Below, piece after piece: positions 9,238-20,641 of a stretch of DNA of 64,000 nucleotides (positions are counted from its first letter, which is position 1; each line of letters begins with the position of its first letter). Under the pieces are notes generated by a model. The model was not told the DNA's origin. It worked only from the letters and a program-made list of their open reading frames with translations, and ran no database searches. The position numbers and the translations under genes are program-made. Source of the stretch: Bacteroides sp. GTDB taxonomy: Bacteria > Bacteroidota > Bacteroidia > Bacteroidales > Bacteroidaceae. The stretch covers positions 42,301-106,300 of the forward strand of contig JBHADT010000027.1 in assembly GCA_041855205.1 (NCBI GenBank), in the 5' to 3' direction.

Positions 9238-9831
9238 TCAAAAAATGGTATTCGGGCGAATCAGATTCATGAACTCTTCGCGCGTTTTGGCTTGATTGAA
9301 AGCACCGGTGAAGTCTGAAGTGGTAGTAACGGAGTTCTGTTTCTCCACTCCTCGCATCTGCATACACATATGTTTTGCTTCCACAACAACCATCACCCCC
9401 AAAGGATTCAGAGTCTGCTGAATACATTCCTTAATCTGAAGCGTCATCCGCTCCTGCACCTGCAAACGATGCGAGAAAATATCCACCACCCGGGCTATTT
9501 TGCTTAAACCCGTAATATAACCGTTGGGGATATATGCTACATGCGCTTTCCCGTAGAAAGGCAACATATGATGTTCGCAGAGGGAGAAGAAATCAATATC
9601 TTTCACAATCACCATCTGACTGTATTCTTCCTTGAACTTGGCGGAACGAAGCACTTCGTGCGGGTCCATACGATAACCCTGCGTAAGCGTAAGCATGGCC
9701 TTCGACACACGTTCGGGAGTTTTCTGCAATCCTTCACGAGTCGCATCTTCTCCCAAAAGAGTGATAATCTGCTCGTAATGCTTCCTCAAACTCTCTAAAG
9801 CCGGTGAAATAATTTCTTCTTTTTCCAACAT
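9238..9831 (-). CDS. folE: GTP cyclohydrolase I
   Basis: [35 protein letters not shown] motifs. Confidence 0.97.
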   Translation of the reverse strand: MLEKEEIISPALESLRKHYEQIITLLGEDATREGLQKTPERVSKAMLTLTQGYRMDPHEVLRSAKFKEEYSQMVIVKDIDFFSLCEHHMLPFYGKAHVAYIPNGYITGLSKIARVVDIFSHRLQVQERMTLQIKECIQQTLNPLGVMVVVEAKHMCMQMRGVEKQNSVTTTSDFTGAFNQAKTREEFMNLIRPNTIF

Positions 9832-9851
9832 GATATTGATCGAGTCTTTGA

Positions 9852-10304
9852 TTATAAGGGAATGTTAATCTGTTCTCTTACGATGGAAACCTCTTTAAAG
9901 CTCCCTGTCGCACGCAAACGACGCATCATCGCATCTGCTTCTTCAATGCTGCGAAAATCCCCCACTCTACACAGCCAACGAGGAGAAGAAAAGAAGGTAT
10001 ATACCGGAAGCTCCGGAAAGTATTGCTTCACATTCATGCCTATCGCATGAGCTTCTCGTTTGGCAATACTCGTATTGTTACCCGCATACACCTGTATCCG
10101 GTACCCCGCACTCTTTATCATCTTCTTTTCATCCGAAGAGCTTAATTGAACCCCAATCAGCGCTTCTATCCGGGCATCTTGCCGAATTATCACTTTCCCT
10201 TGTCCGGGCACATCGCTTTCCAGACTCTTCACAATGCTGTTTTGCGCCGAAACGATAGCCAACCCGCCTATGCATGCGACGAAAGATAGAATAAACTTTT
10301 TCAT
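9852..10304 (-). CDS. Secreted SPOR-domain (peptidoglycan-binding) protein
   Basis: Signal peptide [20 protein letters not shown]; GYRIQVY…[16 protein letters not shown] pattern. Start moved to 10304. Confidence 0.8.
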   Translation of the reverse strand: MKKFILSFVACIGGLAIVSAQNSIVKSLESDVPGQGKVIIRQDARIEALIGVQLSSSDEKKMIKSAGYRIQVYAGNNTSIAKREAHAIGMNVKQYFPELPVYTFFSSPRWLCRVGDFRSIEEADAMMRRLRATGSFKEVSIVREQINIPL

Positions 10305-10332
10305 AAGAAGAAAGGGTGTGAAATAAAACAAC

Positions 10333-10383
10333 AAAAAGAGTTGAGAGCGGCAGAAACGAATACATATCCTGCACTCTCAACTC
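10333..10383 (-). terminator. Intrinsic terminator downstream of tpiA
   Basis: gagttgagag…ctctcaactc stem with inner gcag/ctgc pairing; U-tract on the minus strand (aaaaa at 10333-10337 on plus). Confidence 0.7.
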
Positions 10384-10395
10384 GATATTTTCACA

Positions 10396-11151
10396 TTACT
10401 TGAACGCGTCGATAATACCTTTGAAGTCAGAAGCTTTCAGTGCTGCACCACCAATCAAACCTCCATCTACATCGGGGTTTGCAAACAATTCTTTGGCATT
10501 GGAGGGCTTGCAACTGCCGCCATACAGAATAGAACACTCATTGGCTACAGCCTGACCGTATTTTTCGGCAACGACAGAACGGATATATGCATGAATTTCC
10601 TGTGCCTGCTCCGGCGTAGCGGTTTTTCCCGTACCGATTGCCCAAACGGGTTCGTAAGCCAACACTATCTTAGCGAAATCTTCGGCAGACAGAGAGAATA
10701 CAGAAGCTAACTGAGCGGCAACCACCTCATTTTGCTTGTTTGCCTCACGCTCTTCCAACACTTCGCCTATACAGAAAATCGGAGTCAGACCATTTGCCAA
10801 CGCCAACTTTACTTTCTCTTCCAGAATCTCCACGGTTTCATGGTAATATGCCCGACGTTCGGAATGTCCCAAAATAACGTACTTCGCACCGGTTGAAGCT
10901 ATCATCGAGGCAGATATTTCTCCCGTATAAGCACCGGATTCCTTATCCGCACAGTTTTCTGCGCCCACACCGATTATCGAGGCGTCTACCGCGGCAACCA
11001 CAGGTGCCAAATGAATGTAAGGAGTACATAGTACCACATCGCAATTAGGTTTTTCCTTAACCAATGCTTCGTTTACTTCTTTAGCCAATGCAATACCCTC
11101 CTGAAGAGTATTGTTCATCTTCCAGTTTCCTGCAACAATGTTTTTTCTCAT
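10396..11151 (-). CDS. tpiA: Triosephosphate isomerase
   Basis: [36 protein letters not shown] motifs. Confidence 0.98.
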   Translation of the reverse strand: MRKNIVAGNWKMNNTLQEGIALAKEVNEALVKEKPNCDVVLCTPYIHLAPVVAAVDASIIGVGAENCADKESGAYTGEISASMIASTGAKYVILGHSERRAYYHETVEILEEKVKLALANGLTPIFCIGEVLEEREANKQNEVVAAQLASVFSLSAEDFAKIVLAYEPVWAIGTGKTATPEQAQEIHAYIRSVVAEKYGQAVANECSILYGGSCKPSNAKELFANPDVDGGLIGGAALKASDFKGIIDAFK

Positions 11152-11206
11152 AATTATTTCTATTTTATATAAAGGGTTAATTTTCTCTTTCGGAGCGAAG
11201 CAAGTA

Positions 11207-12523
11207 TCAAGGTTGTACAGAATGCGTACCCGGTTCCGGCGTTTTTCTCTTCCGCCGATTCACCAACAACATATCTACCCCTACCACCAACGACAAGGGA
11301 AGTATAAACCAGAGCAACACATAAGCAAGGGTACGTAAATCATTCACTTCTTTCTGCTTTCCCAGTTCCAACCTATCCAACGGAGCGGTCAACACATACT
11401 CATCAGGTAAATAATTATTGCTCCACTTATTGAGTATGACACCGTTTCTCATCAGCAACAAACCGGGATTTGAACGGATAATCGTTCTTAAAGTCGTTTC
11501 ATCCACAAGACAGAAAGGATATTCCGCTCCTGTTTTGTCTCTCCATATATCGATATTCTTTGCAGACGATGCAGTCAAGGCATAGAAAGCATAACCGTAT
11601 TCCACTGCATAGTCATATATTTCGTTTATCAAATCGATACTGCTATCGTCAGCTTGTTCGATACGAGGGGCAACTAACAGAAATGTATAATCCTCATTCG
11701 TAAGAAGTTCATCCGTTATATCCTCACCTGTCTCCGCATGCTGCAACAGGAAATTGTGGATAGGAGGTTCATAACCTTTCTCTTTCAGCACAGTTCGTGC
11801 CTCCACAAACGTCCATGTACTGTCGGGATAATCATGTAGAGTAAACTCCTTACGCACTCCATCCTTCTCCAACAGAAATTTTGTATCGAATACCGGTTTC
11901 TTTGCCCCTTCGGGAACTTTCATTCCTTCCCGAATATTCCGTCCTATCTTGTAGGGACGAAAATCAATAACCGGCAATGCACTCAGGCAATAAAAAGATA
12001 ATGCGAAAACAAAAAGAAAAGTACATATCGAAATCATCCATTCCATCTTTTCCGAAACAAGACGAATAATGAAACGCCTTCCGGCAAATATTGATATAGA
12101 AGATATAAGAAGTAATATGTTTTTAGCAAAAGATTCCCAATTTGTCAGAATCCAGAGATCACCGAAACATCCACAATCGGGAATCGGATTTTCCAATGCC
12201 AAATAAAATGTAAGAGGAGTCATTACCGCCAACAATAACAAGGCGGTAAAAGAGGAAAAGAGATTTCGGATTCCCATAAAAAGAAAAACGCCCACTGCGA
12301 ATTCGGTTCCGGCCATCGCAATGGAAAACAAGAGTGAGAAATAATCGGGAAAACGGTCGGAGAGTTGGAAAACAGACAGATACTCCTGCGTCTTATATGA
12401 GAAACCAATCGGATCGATTGCCTTTACAAATCCCGAAAAGATAAATGAAACGGCTAAAATGAAGCGGCAAACATTCACCCAACTCTTCCAAATGATATGT
12501 TTTCGCTTAGTCTCCAAATTCAA
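11207..12523 (-). CDS. DoxX/MauE-like membrane protein with thioredoxin-like domain (BT_3928-like)
   Basis: N-terminal TM helices with SGFVKAIDP and DCGCFG; C-terminal IRSNPG; adjacent to tpiA. Confidence 0.75.
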   Translation of the reverse strand: MNLETKRKHIIWKSWVNVCRFILAVSFIFSGFVKAIDPIGFSYKTQEYLSVFQLSDRFPDYFSLLFSIAMAGTEFAVGVFLFMGIRNLFSSFTALLLLAVMTPLTFYLALENPIPDCGCFGDLWILTNWESFAKNILLLISSISIFAGRRFIIRLVSEKMEWMISICTFLFVFALSFYCLSALPVIDFRPYKIGRNIREGMKVPEGAKKPVFDTKFLLEKDGVRKEFTLHDYPDSTWTFVEARTVLKEKGYEPPIHNFLLQHAETGEDITDELLTNEDYTFLLVAPRIEQADDSSIDLINEIYDYAVEYGYAFYALTASSAKNIDIWRDKTGAEYPFCLVDETTLRTIIRSNPGLLLMRNGVILNKWSNNYLPDEYVLTAPLDRLELGKQKEVNDLRTLAYVLLWFILPLSLVVGVDMLLVNRRKRKTPEPGTHSVQP

Positions 12524-13049
12524 TCTTTATCAAACCGAACACAGAGTAATTAATCATATCCATGTAGTTTGCGTCCACTCCCTCAGACACAAGTCTCTCT
12601 TCCGACAAATCTTCCAACTGTTTTGTGCGATAAATCTTCATAAGAATCAAATCCGTATATGAACTTTCACGCATGCTCCTCCATGCTTCGTCATAATCAT
12701 GATTCTTCGCCAACATCAAATCAAGTGAGATAAGGGCATATTTATCATAAAGCTCTAATGCTTCCTGAGCGGTAATATCTACTGTTTCCGTAGCACTCAG
12801 TTCCAATTGAATAAGTCCTATGATACCATAGTTTACAATAGCTATCAATTCGCTGCGAATCCCTTCGTCCACCAGCGATTTCCCTTTCATTTCAATGCTC
12901 CGTATGCGCTTGGCTTTAATAAAAATCTGGTCAGTAACCGAAGCAGGACGAAGAATGCGCCATGCAGCACCGTAATCATGAAGTTTTTTAGAGAATAAAT
13001 CCCTACAAAGCGCTATAATCTGTTCGAATTGCAGTTTGGTATCTTTCAT
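12507..13049 (-). CDS. DUF1599-like protein (duplicated nucleotide-modification-associated domain)
   Basis: Internal duplication KLHDYGAAWR / KNHDYDEAWR and IVNYG / MINYS. Start moved to MKDTK at 13049, downstream of a -7 element. Confidence 0.75.
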   Translation of the reverse strand: MKDTKLQFEQIIALCRDLFSKKLHDYGAAWRILRPASVTDQIFIKAKRIRSIEMKGKSLVDEGIRSELIAIVNYGIIGLIQLELSATETVDITAQEALELYDKYALISLDLMLAKNHDYDEAWRSMRESSYTDLILMKIYRTKQLEDLSEERLVSEGVDANYMDMINYSVFGLIKIEFGD

Positions 13050-13067
13050 TTCCTTAGGAATAGATCG

Positions 13068-13075
13068 CAAAGGTA
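13068..13075 (-). promoter_or_regulatory. -7 promoter element for the DUF1599-like / DoxX-like genes
   Basis: CAAAGGTA on plus = TACCTTTG on minus. Confidence 0.6.
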
Positions 13076-13094
13076 TGAATAATTCAATAAAATG

Positions 13095-13130
13095 AAAAGA
13101 GGGTACTCTAATTTATATTAAAGTACCCTC
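13095..13130 (-). terminator. Intrinsic terminator downstream of the M23/LysM gene
   Basis: gagggtact…agtaccctc stem followed by UUUU on the minus strand. Confidence 0.65.
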
Positions 13131-13181
13131 CCCTTACAAAAGCACGTATAAATATCAAAAAGATATAATTCCTAATCGTTT

Positions 13182-14045
13182 TTAGGAGCAACGCAATACC
13201 TGCCCCGGTCGTAGAACTGTTTTTTGTGTAATCCGATTCAACTGGCACAGACGGCTGACAGATATCCCTTGCCGTGCTGCTATTTTAGAGAGAGTATCTC
13301 CTTTCTTTACCTTATAGAACAAACCTTTGTTCGACGCAAGTTGTTTTGAAGAGACATTGGATGCTTTACGGAAAGTATAGCTATCTGCTACGATATCCTG
13401 TTTCTCGAAATCAAACAATAGTGCAGGATCCAAAGGAATTCCCAGAAAACGGGTTTCAAAATGAAGATGAGAACCAGTGGAACGACCAGTATTCCCACCT
13501 AATCCTATCGGTTCTCCCGCTTTCACTTCTTGATTCACTGTTACTATTTGTTTGGACAAATGACCGTACACGGTTTCCAACCCATTATCATGACGGACAA
13601 CAACATATTTTCCGTATCCTCTTCGTCCCTGATTCTTCACAATACGCACCTTACCGTCGAAAGCCGAACGAATAGTATCTCCCACGTAAACTTTTATATC
13701 CAACCCATAATGCATTCTTCTTCGTCTGGGGCGATAACCGAAAATATCGGTAATCTTCGTGTTCTCAGTGGGCATACAAAAACCCGTAAGGTCAAATTGG
13801 TATGTTTCCGGCACGACAACATCCTTGTACGCTTGCACATGTTCGTTATCCCAATCGGGATAAACATTTAGTTCGGCATACATAGACTGTTCCGTACGAA
13901 TCTGCTTTTGCAGTGTCAACGAATCTACACTTTTTAGTTTTCTGTCAATGGGAGCCTGACGAGCAATCAGATCCTGTGAAAAGGCATTTAGACTAAGCAT
14001 TGCCGCCATTGCCGCCAAGAAAGATTTAATATAGTTGAATTCCAT
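13182..14045 (-). CDS. Secreted M23-family peptidoglycan endopeptidase with C-terminal LysM domain
   Basis: Signal peptide; HYGLD, YGHL, STGSHLHFE; YKVKKGDTLSKIA…LRPGQVL LysM. Confidence 0.93.
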   Translation of the reverse strand: MEFNYIKSFLAAMAAMLSLNAFSQDLIARQAPIDRKLKSVDSLTLQKQIRTEQSMYAELNVYPDWDNEHVQAYKDVVVPETYQFDLTGFCMPTENTKITDIFGYRPRRRRMHYGLDIKVYVGDTIRSAFDGKVRIVKNQGRRGYGKYVVVRHDNGLETVYGHLSKQIVTVNQEVKAGEPIGLGGNTGRSTGSHLHFETRFLGIPLDPALLFDFEKQDIVADSYTFRKASNVSSKQLASNKGLFYKVKKGDTLSKIAARQGISVSRLCQLNRITQKTVLRPGQVLRCS

Positions 14046-14082
14046 TCGTCTTTTGTGTCTTATGAATTAGGATTCACTCAAC

Positions 14083-14169
14083 AGCCAGAAGAGCAAATTG
14101 TCATCCAAACCATGTTTATACTGACATTCTTCCACGAAGACACGTGTCTTCCGAGAAATCTCTCTGACC
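14083..14169 (-). ncRNA. Candidate structured cis-regulatory 5' leader (multi-stem junction) of the M23/LysM gene
   Basis: Closing stem ggucagagag/cucuucuggcu encloses a perfect palindrome gaagacacgtgtcttc (14136-14151) and a uguca…aaac-aug-guuu…ugaca hairpin (14099-14126). Folded by hand only. Confidence 0.4.
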
Positions 14170-14198
14170 GATTTTTATATTTTTCTTTAAAATTCTCC

Positions 14199-14206
14199 CA
14201 AAGATA
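14199..14206 (-). promoter_or_regulatory. -7 promoter element for the M23/LysM gene
   Basis: CAAAGATA on plus = TATCTTTG on minus; implies a 5' UTR of about 150 nt. Confidence 0.6.
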
Positions 14207-14367
14207 ATATTTCTTCGCAAGTAATGACAGATTATATAGGTTATTTTAAGGCCATACGTAGTATAAGGAAGCACCAAAAGGCACATAATTCCCTATAAAT
14301 AGGGAGATTAAAAAGATACATGTTTTACAACATAAAGATGTAAATAAACTGCATGTTTAGTCATTTT

Positions 14368-16464
14368 CTAACTGATGGAAGCCCAGTTTACATTTGTTTT
14401 GCGCAGTTTTTTAAGTTGTCTCCATAATATTTCATATTCAGGCAATCTGTTTTCCGGATCGGTTTCTACTATTTTTGCCGCCACCTCCCGAACATATTGC
14501 AATAGCTGCCCGTCTCTCGCGATATCGGCTATTTTCAAATCAAAAGCAATACCACTCTGCTGGGTTCCCTCCAAATCGCCCGGTCCGCGCAATTTCAGAT
14601 CAGCCTCCGCTATCTCGAATCCGTCGTTGGTACGCACCATTATCTCCAAACGTTTCCGGGTTTCCTCCTGCAATTTATACCCGGTTACCAAAATACAATA
14701 AGATTGTTCAGCTCCGCGCCCTACCCGTCCGCGCAGCTGATGCAGTTGAGATAATCCGAAACGCTCTGCATTTTCTATTATCATCACCGAAGCATTCGGA
14801 ACATTAACCCCTACCTCAATTACCGTTGTGGCAACCATTATCTGTGCCTCACCCGCAACAAACAACTGCATCTGTTCATCTTTTTCCGCCGCTTTCATTC
14901 GTCCGTGCACTTTTGCCACACGGTATTGAGGAAAGTCTTCGCAGACATGCAGATAACCTTCTTCCAGGTTTTTCAAATCAATCTTTTCACTCTCTTTTAT
15001 CAACGGATATACGATATAGACCTGCCTACCCGCTTGCAGTTGCTTGCGTACGGAAAGATTCAGTGTCTGACGATGCGCCTCATACTGATGAATAGTCACA
15101 ATAGGTTTTCTTCCCGGAGGCAGTTCATCAATCACCGATACGTCCAAATCGCCATAAAGTGTCATGGCCAATGTACGAGGAATGGGTGTGGCAGTCATCA
15201 CCAACACATGGGGAGGATGTACATTCTTCGTCCACAAACGGGCGCGCTGCGCCACTCCAAAACGATGCTGTTCATCTATTACAACGAGCCCTAACGAAGA
15301 GAAACCCACCGTTTCTTCAATAATTGCGTGCGTTCCCACAAGAATATGTATCTCTCCCGTAAGCAGCCCTGCAAGAATAGTCTCCCGCTTTTTACCTCTG
15401 ACAGAACCTGTAAGTAACTCCACTCGCACAGGCATCCCCGTAAGCTGTTCGCACAAGGTCTCGAAATGTTGATTCGCCAATATTTCCGTAGGCGCCATTA
15501 GGCAGGCCTGATAACCATTATCCAATGCCATCAGCATACTCATCAGCGCTACCAGCGTCTTACCGCTTCCCACATCTCCTTGCAACAAGCGATTCATCTG
15601 TCTGCCGCTTCCCACATCACGCCGTATTTCTTTCAATACGCGTTTTTGCGCCCCCGTCAGTTCGAATGGAAGATTATAATTATAAAAGGAATTAAAAAAG
15701 TCACCCACTTTTTCAAAAAGATACCCCCTATACCTACGCTGACGGTCTTTGGCATAACGCAGAATATTAAGCTGCACATAGAACAACTCTTCGAATTTCA
15801 GACGATATTCAGCCCTTCTCAACTGTTCGGGGTTCGCCGGAAAATGAATGTTTATCAGGGCTTCCGTCAACGGCATCAAATGATGCTCGCAGAGAATGGA
15901 AGATGAAAGAGTTTCAGGTAAAGGTTCGCGCAGTTGCTCAACAACCACACTCATCATTTTCTCGATGGCGTGTGAGTTCAATGAACTGCGTTTCATTTTT
16001 TCCGTGGTATTGTAATAAGGACGAAGTCCCATAGCAGAAAGCTTAAGCTCGGACGCATCATCCATATCGGGGTGCGCGATATTGATTCGTTCTCCGAAGA
16101 CAACAGGCTTGCCGAAAACGATATATTCCCGGTTCAACTTATATCTCTTCGTGACATACTTCAGACCTTGAAACCAAACCAAATCGATCAGTCCCGTACC
16201 ATCCGAGAAATGCGCAAGCAAACGTCTCTGCCGCCCTTCACCTACGGTTTCAAAACCGACGATTTTCCCTTTCAACTGTATATAGGGCATATTACCGTCG
16301 ATTTCATGGATGTAATAGATGCGACTCCGGTCAACGTATTTATAAGGAAAATAATATAAAAGGTCGTGCAAGGAATAGATATTCAATTCCTTGTTCAGTA
16401 TCGAAGCGCGTTGCGGACCCACCCCCGACAAATACTTTATATCACGAGAAGACAAGTCAAACAT
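14368..16464 (-). CDS. recG: ATP-dependent DNA helicase RecG
   Basis: [43 protein letters not shown] motifs. Confidence 0.97.
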   Translation of the reverse strand: MFDLSSRDIKYLSGVGPQRASILNKELNIYSLHDLLYYFPYKYVDRSRIYYIHEIDGNMPYIQLKGKIVGFETVGEGRQRRLLAHFSDGTGLIDLVWFQGLKYVTKRYKLNREYIVFGKPVVFGERINIAHPDMDDASELKLSAMGLRPYYNTTEKMKRSSLNSHAIEKMMSVVVEQLREPLPETLSSSILCEHHLMPLTEALINIHFPANPEQLRRAEYRLKFEELFYVQLNILRYAKDRQRRYRGYLFEKVGDFFNSFYNYNLPFELTGAQKRVLKEIRRDVGSGRQMNRLLQGDVGSGKTLVALMSMLMALDNGYQACLMAPTEILANQHFETLCEQLTGMPVRVELLTGSVRGKKRETILAGLLTGEIHILVGTHAIIEETVGFSSLGLVVIDEQHRFGVAQRARLWTKNVHPPHVLVMTATPIPRTLAMTLYGDLDVSVIDELPPGRKPIVTIHQYEAHRQTLNLSVRKQLQAGRQVYIVYPLIKESEKIDLKNLEEGYLHVCEDFPQYRVAKVHGRMKAAEKDEQMQLFVAGEAQIMVATTVIEVGVNVPNASVMIIENAERFGLSQLHQLRGRVGRGAEQSYCILVTGYKLQEETRKRLEIMVRTNDGFEIAEADLKLRGPGDLEGTQQSGIAFDLKIADIARDGQLLQYVREVAAKIVETDPENRLPEYEILWRQLKKLRKTNVNWASIS

Positions 16465-17128
16465 CTTTGTCGCACAAAGAAGCGGCTATTTGTAAATCGA
16501 AAGGAGTTGTTATTTTAATGTTTTCACGGTTTCCCTCTACCAAGTGTACCGGAATTCCCATAGCCTCCACTACCGAAGCGTCATCGGTAAAGAAAGGGGT
16601 GTAGATTTGTTCATAAGCCCTTTTCAAGACTGCGGCATCAAACACTTGGGGAGTTTGTACCAACCTGTAACATGTCCTGTCCACGGTTTTACTATCCATT
16701 CCATCCATGCAACGAAGGGTTTCCACTGGTTCAATCACCGGTACAACGGCCGTATAAGAGAGTGCCGCTTTGTAACAACGGGCTATAACCTCAGACGAGA
16801 CAAACGGACGGACTCCATCATGCACTCCCACCAAAGCGGGAGTAGCAACGCAAGCCAATCCGTTTCTCACTGAATGGAAACGGGTTTCTCCACCATCCAC
16901 TACCGTATGGGGTATCTCGCACCCGACTGCATCGCAAAGCTTTCGCCAATACTCCTGCTGAACCGGAGGCAGTGCCACAATGATGTGTATCTGCGGGTTG
17001 TAAGCATGAAAAGCTTCCAATGTACGTATTAAGACAGGTTTCCCGGCTATGTCCATAAATTGCTTGGGCAATTCACTTCCCATCCGGCTTCCTTTACCAC
17101 CGGCTACTATGATCACGTATTCCGTCAT
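16457..17128 (-). CDS. ispD: 2-C-methyl-D-erythritol 4-phosphate cytidylyltransferase
   Basis: AGGKGSRM…[31 protein letters not shown]. Start moved to MTEYVII. Confidence 0.95.
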   Translation of the reverse strand: MTEYVIIVAGGKGSRMGSELPKQFMDIAGKPVLIRTLEAFHAYNPQIHIIVALPPVQQEYWRKLCDAVGCEIPHTVVDGGETRFHSVRNGLACVATPALVGVHDGVRPFVSSEVIARCYKAALSYTAVVPVIEPVETLRCMDGMDSKTVDRTCYRLVQTPQVFDAAVLKRAYEQIYTPFFTDDASVVEAMGIPVHLVEGNRENIKITTPFDLQIAASLCDKDV

Positions 17129-17130
17129 GC

Positions 17131-17682
17131 TTACCCGGCTACGCACATGGCTGCTTTCAGTTCTTTCACCTTTTCTTCACCTTTCAACAGTTCCACAACG
17201 GCAAAAGCGAAAGGCAACGCCGCAGCAGGACCTTTTCCGGTGATAAAGTTGCCATCGCGTTCCACCATAGCAGCTGTATATTCTGCTCCTTCTAGACAAT
17301 CTTCAAAACCGGGATAGCAGGTGGCTTTGCGTCCGTAAAGCAAACCTAATTTACCCGGAATCATAGGAGCCGCACAGATTGCAGCGATGGGGTTACCTGC
17401 CTCTGCAAACTCCCGAAGCATCTTGCTCAGCTCTTTCGACTCCGCCAATGTCGAGGCTCCCGGCATCCCTCCGGGCAACAGAAGCAATGCCGCATCAGAG
17501 AAATCACAATTCACTATATTCTTGTCGCACAATACAGGTATACCGTGCGCCCCTGTTACTATTTCTCCCTCGGTGACACTTACCATTACTGTCTTCAGTT
17601 CTGCCCGCCGCAACACATCTACCGCAGTGAGAGCTTCTATTTCTTCAAATCCATCGGCTAAAAAAACGTAAACCGTTCCCAT
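17131..17682 (-). CDS. DJ-1/YajL/ThiJ-family glyoxalase or deglycase
   Basis: [21 protein letters not shown] motifs. Confidence 0.92.
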   Translation of the reverse strand: MGTVYVFLADGFEEIEALTAVDVLRRAELKTVMVSVTEGEIVTGAHGIPVLCDKNIVNCDFSDAALLLLPGGMPGASTLAESKELSKMLREFAEAGNPIAAICAAPMIPGKLGLLYGRKATCYPGFEDCLEGAEYTAAMVERDGNFITGKGPAAALPFAFAVVELLKGEEKVKELKAAMCVAG

Positions 17683-17770
17683 AATTCATCCTCCTTCTAT
17701 ATGTTATATAGTTACAAGTTCGATCATATCAAACCAAGGTGTCTCTCATTAAAGCAAGACCGAAATATAG

Positions 17771-18583
17771 TTATTTTAGTCTGAAATAATAAGTGATTGT
17801 GCCTACTTGATTATCCAAACCATCTACCGTATTGAACCGGGCCAGCTTCGCGGCATCCTCCGCCGCCTTGCGCAAAGCCGGATTCACTGTATTCGTCAAT
17901 CGTTGGTTAATGCCCGTAGCTATTACCTTGCCTGCCGGATTCACGGTGATGGTTATGACCACCCGCCCTTCGTCCTGTACATTGTAGACCGGGCGCGGTA
18001 ATCCACTCCCGGCTATCGAACGACCGTCAAGATTAAACGTCCCGTATCCGCCTGTTCCAGCCGCTGCGCCTGCAGACGCATTCCCGTCCGCACTGCCTTG
18101 AACTCCTTCGTTTGTCGTAGCACCTTTATCTCCCATTTGCGCACCTTTTCCAAAGGCTCCCGCCACTCTTCTGCGGGCTGCTTCCTCGGCTTCCTTGCGT
18201 GCCTGTTCCGCCTTTTCCCTTGCAATTCTTCCGGCTTCTTCCGCTTTCTCTGCTTCCGTTTTTTCCGGTTTCGCAGTTTTCTCTTTTTCTTTCTTCTCCG
18301 TTTTCGGCTTTATGGCTACGGTTTCTTCTTCCTCCTGCGTGATAACAGGCTGTTCGTCATCGAGCACCCGCTGCATTTCCGGTTCAGGCACCACCTCCAC
18401 CAATGCAGGGTCTGTCGTCCCCAAAGCGTCAGGTACCTCACCAAGCATTACCGGCACACCACCCTCTTCCGCTTGCCGGGGAATGGCAAAACCTACGAGC
18501 AACAGTAACAGAAGCAGTGTCGCATGCACTAACAGCGTTCCCGCCACAGCTATATATCTACCTTTCCTTTTCGGATTCATCAA
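17771..18583 (-). CDS. tonB: TonB/TolA-like energy transducer
   Basis: N-terminal TM helix with conserved His (TLLVH), charged linker, C-terminal TonB domain (GRVVITITVNPAGKV…GTITYYF). Confidence 0.82.
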   Translation of the reverse strand: MMNPKRKGRYIAVAGTLLVHATLLLLLLLVGFAIPRQAEEGGVPVMLGEVPDALGTTDPALVEVVPEPEMQRVLDDEQPVITQEEEETVAIKPKTEKKEKEKTAKPEKTEAEKAEEAGRIAREKAEQARKEAEEAARRRVAGAFGKGAQMGDKGATTNEGVQGSADGNASAGAAAGTGGYGTFNLDGRSIAGSGLPRPVYNVQDEGRVVITITVNPAGKVIATGINQRLTNTVNPALRKAAEDAAKLARFNTVDGLDNQVGTITYYFRLK

Positions 18584-18999
18584 TTTTTATTCCTTTCGGG
18601 CGGACGTGTAGCCAATACCATCTTGAAGTTATTCTCATTGGCTATATTCAAGACCCTCACTATCTCACGATACGGTACGGACTCATCGGCATACAGAGCT
18701 ACATACATTTCCGGTTCCTTGGTCGCACACATTCGCAAAAAGGAAGCCAACTCCTCCACTTGTAGCACCTGCTCTTTTTCATTCCCGAAAGCAGCATAGA
18801 AATTCAGTTCCTTATCGATGATGACCCGGGTAAGCGGTTTTGCCGATGTCTGTTGCTTACCTTGCGGCAACAGCACCTTTATGGCATTAGGCGAAACCAC
18901 CGTAGACGTAATCATGAAGAATATCAACAACAGAAAGATTACGTCCGTCATGGATGCCATGCTGAAGTTCGGAGATATTTTAGCTCTGCGTTTTAACAC
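18580..18999 (-). CDS. exbD: Biopolymer transport protein ExbD
   Basis: SMTDVIFLLLIFFM TM motif; ADESVPY. Confidence 0.9.
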   Translation of the reverse strand: MLKRRAKISPNFSMASMTDVIFLLLIFFMITSTVVSPNAIKVLLPQGKQQTSAKPLTRVIIDKELNFYAAFGNEKEQVLQVEELASFLRMCATKEPEMYVALYADESVPYREIVRVLNIANENNFKMVLATRPPERNKN

Positions 19000-19024
19000 G
19001 TTTCTTGGGTTTTAATATAAATCG

Positions 19025-19741
19025 TCATTTAACCGGTTGGTTCAACAAATCCATGAACGCCATGGTTTTCGCTTCCATTTTATTCACCACTCCGTCCACC
19101 AGCGTCACAAGGTAATTGTAAGCAAACATGGCTATGATGCCTACGATGAGTCCTCCCACCGTTGTTATCATGGCCTCGTAAATTCCGCTTGAAAGCAGAG
19201 TTATGTCGATGTTATTGCCCGCGTTCGCCATTTCAAAAAAAGCACGCACCATACCGGTCACCGTACCCAGAAAGCCAATCATCGGAGCCCCTCCGGCAAT
19301 GGTCGCCATTATGGTTAGTCCCTTTTCGAGCTTTGCCACTTCAATGTTACCCACATTTTCTATGGCGGCCTGTACATCGTTCACCGGACGTCCCAGGCGG
19401 CTGATGCCTTTCTCGATCATTCGCGCCGACGGCGTATTCACACTCCGGCAGTATGCCAACGCCGACTTTATTTCTCCTCCTACGATATAGTCTTTTATCT
19501 TGTCCATAAAGTAAGGATCCTCTTTTCCTGCCTTTCGGATGAAATAGTTACGTTCAAAAAGGATATAGAAGCATACGAGAGAGAGCAGTCCGAGCACCAG
19601 CATAATCCAACCGCCTTTCAAAGTAAGTTCCCAAAGATTCATTTTTTCGGCAGTCACAACTTCGGTCAGCACCGGATTTATTTCATTCGCGGCATCGGTC
19701 AGCACAGGGGTCGTTTGAGCTAATAACAGCAGTAGGTTCAT
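19025..19741 (-). CDS. exbB: MotA/TolQ/ExbB proton channel protein
   Basis: APMIGFLGTVTGM, GIYEAMITTVGGL; start placed just after the pdxJ stop. Confidence 0.9.
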   Translation of the reverse strand: MNLLLLLAQTTPVLTDAANEINPVLTEVVTAEKMNLWELTLKGGWIMLVLGLLSLVCFYILFERNYFIRKAGKEDPYFMDKIKDYIVGGEIKSALAYCRSVNTPSARMIEKGISRLGRPVNDVQAAIENVGNIEVAKLEKGLTIMATIAGGAPMIGFLGTVTGMVRAFFEMANAGNNIDITLLSSGIYEAMITTVGGLIVGIIAMFAYNYLVTLVDGVVNKMEAKTMAFMDLLNQPVK

Positions 19742-19743
19742 TG

Positions 19744-20457
19744 TTATCGAAGACATTTTTTATATTCTTGTATGGCAGATTCCAGCCCCATATACAGGGC
19801 GTCACAGATGAGTGCATGACCAATGGATACTTCGTCCAGCCAAGAAATGTTTTTATACAGATAGTTCAAATTTTCCAGACTCAGGTCGTGCCCCGCATTC
19901 AGTCCCAAGCCCAACTTACGGGCGGTGCGTGCCGCTTCCACGAAAGGAGCCACGGCAGCCTCTTTGTCTTTCGGGTATAGCGCTGCATAAGGTTCGGTGT
20001 AGAGTTCCACCCTGTCTGTTCCCGCTTTTGCTGCATATTCCACCATTTGCGGATCGGCCGCGACAAAAACGGAAGTGCGGATACCCGCACGCTTAAAACC
20101 GTCAAGCACCTCGGATAGAAAGTCCAGGTTCGCTTTCGTATTCCACCCGGCATTGGAGGTGATTTGTTCCGGGCTGTCGGGCACCAGCGTCACCTGATGG
20201 GGTTTCACCTTGAGAACCAAATCGATAAAATCGGGTGAAGGATATCCTTCCATATTGAACTCCGTGCGGAGCAACGGACGAAGTTCATAGACATCGCTCC
20301 GGCGAATATGCCGCTCATCCGGACGCGGATGCACGGTGATGCCGTCCGCCCCGAATCGTTCGCAATCCAGAGCCGCCTTTACCACATCCGGCACGGAGCC
20401 TCCGCGGGCATTGCGCAGAGTTGCTATTTTATTGATATTTACGCTGAGTTTAGTCAT
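19744..20457 (-). CDS. pdxJ: Pyridoxine 5'-phosphate synthase
   Basis: [39 protein letters not shown]. Confidence 0.97.
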   Translation of the reverse strand: MTKLSVNINKIATLRNARGGSVPDVVKAALDCERFGADGITVHPRPDERHIRRSDVYELRPLLRTEFNMEGYPSPDFIDLVLKVKPHQVTLVPDSPEQITSNAGWNTKANLDFLSEVLDGFKRAGIRTSVFVAADPQMVEYAAKAGTDRVELYTEPYAALYPKDKEAAVAPFVEAARTARKLGLGLNAGHDLSLENLNYLYKNISWLDEVSIGHALICDALYMGLESAIQEYKKCLR

Positions 20458-20480
20458 AATTTCGTCTTATTCATTTGCTA

Positions 20481-20488
20481 CAAAAGTA
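20481..20488 (-). promoter_or_regulatory. -7 promoter element of the pdxJ-exbBD-tonB operon
   Basis: CAAAAGTA on plus = TACTTTTG on minus, 23 nt upstream of pdxJ. Confidence 0.65.
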
Positions 20489-20641
20489 CAAATAATAGCA
20501 ACATCTTGGCAGTCTTCTGAAAAAAAATACCATATTTGCAAAGCATTGCAAGCGCCTTTCAGGCTTATCTTACACACACGGGGATACGCTTCCGGGAGAA
20601 GTGTCCGGAGAGCTATTACACCTATAATTATATATAGACAC

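Noticed and set aside
9238-17682. Apparently lower GC in part of the minus-strand block, as a possible horizontally acquired island
   Set aside because: The genes are core housekeeping genes with no mobility signatures, and GC was only spot-checked, not computed.
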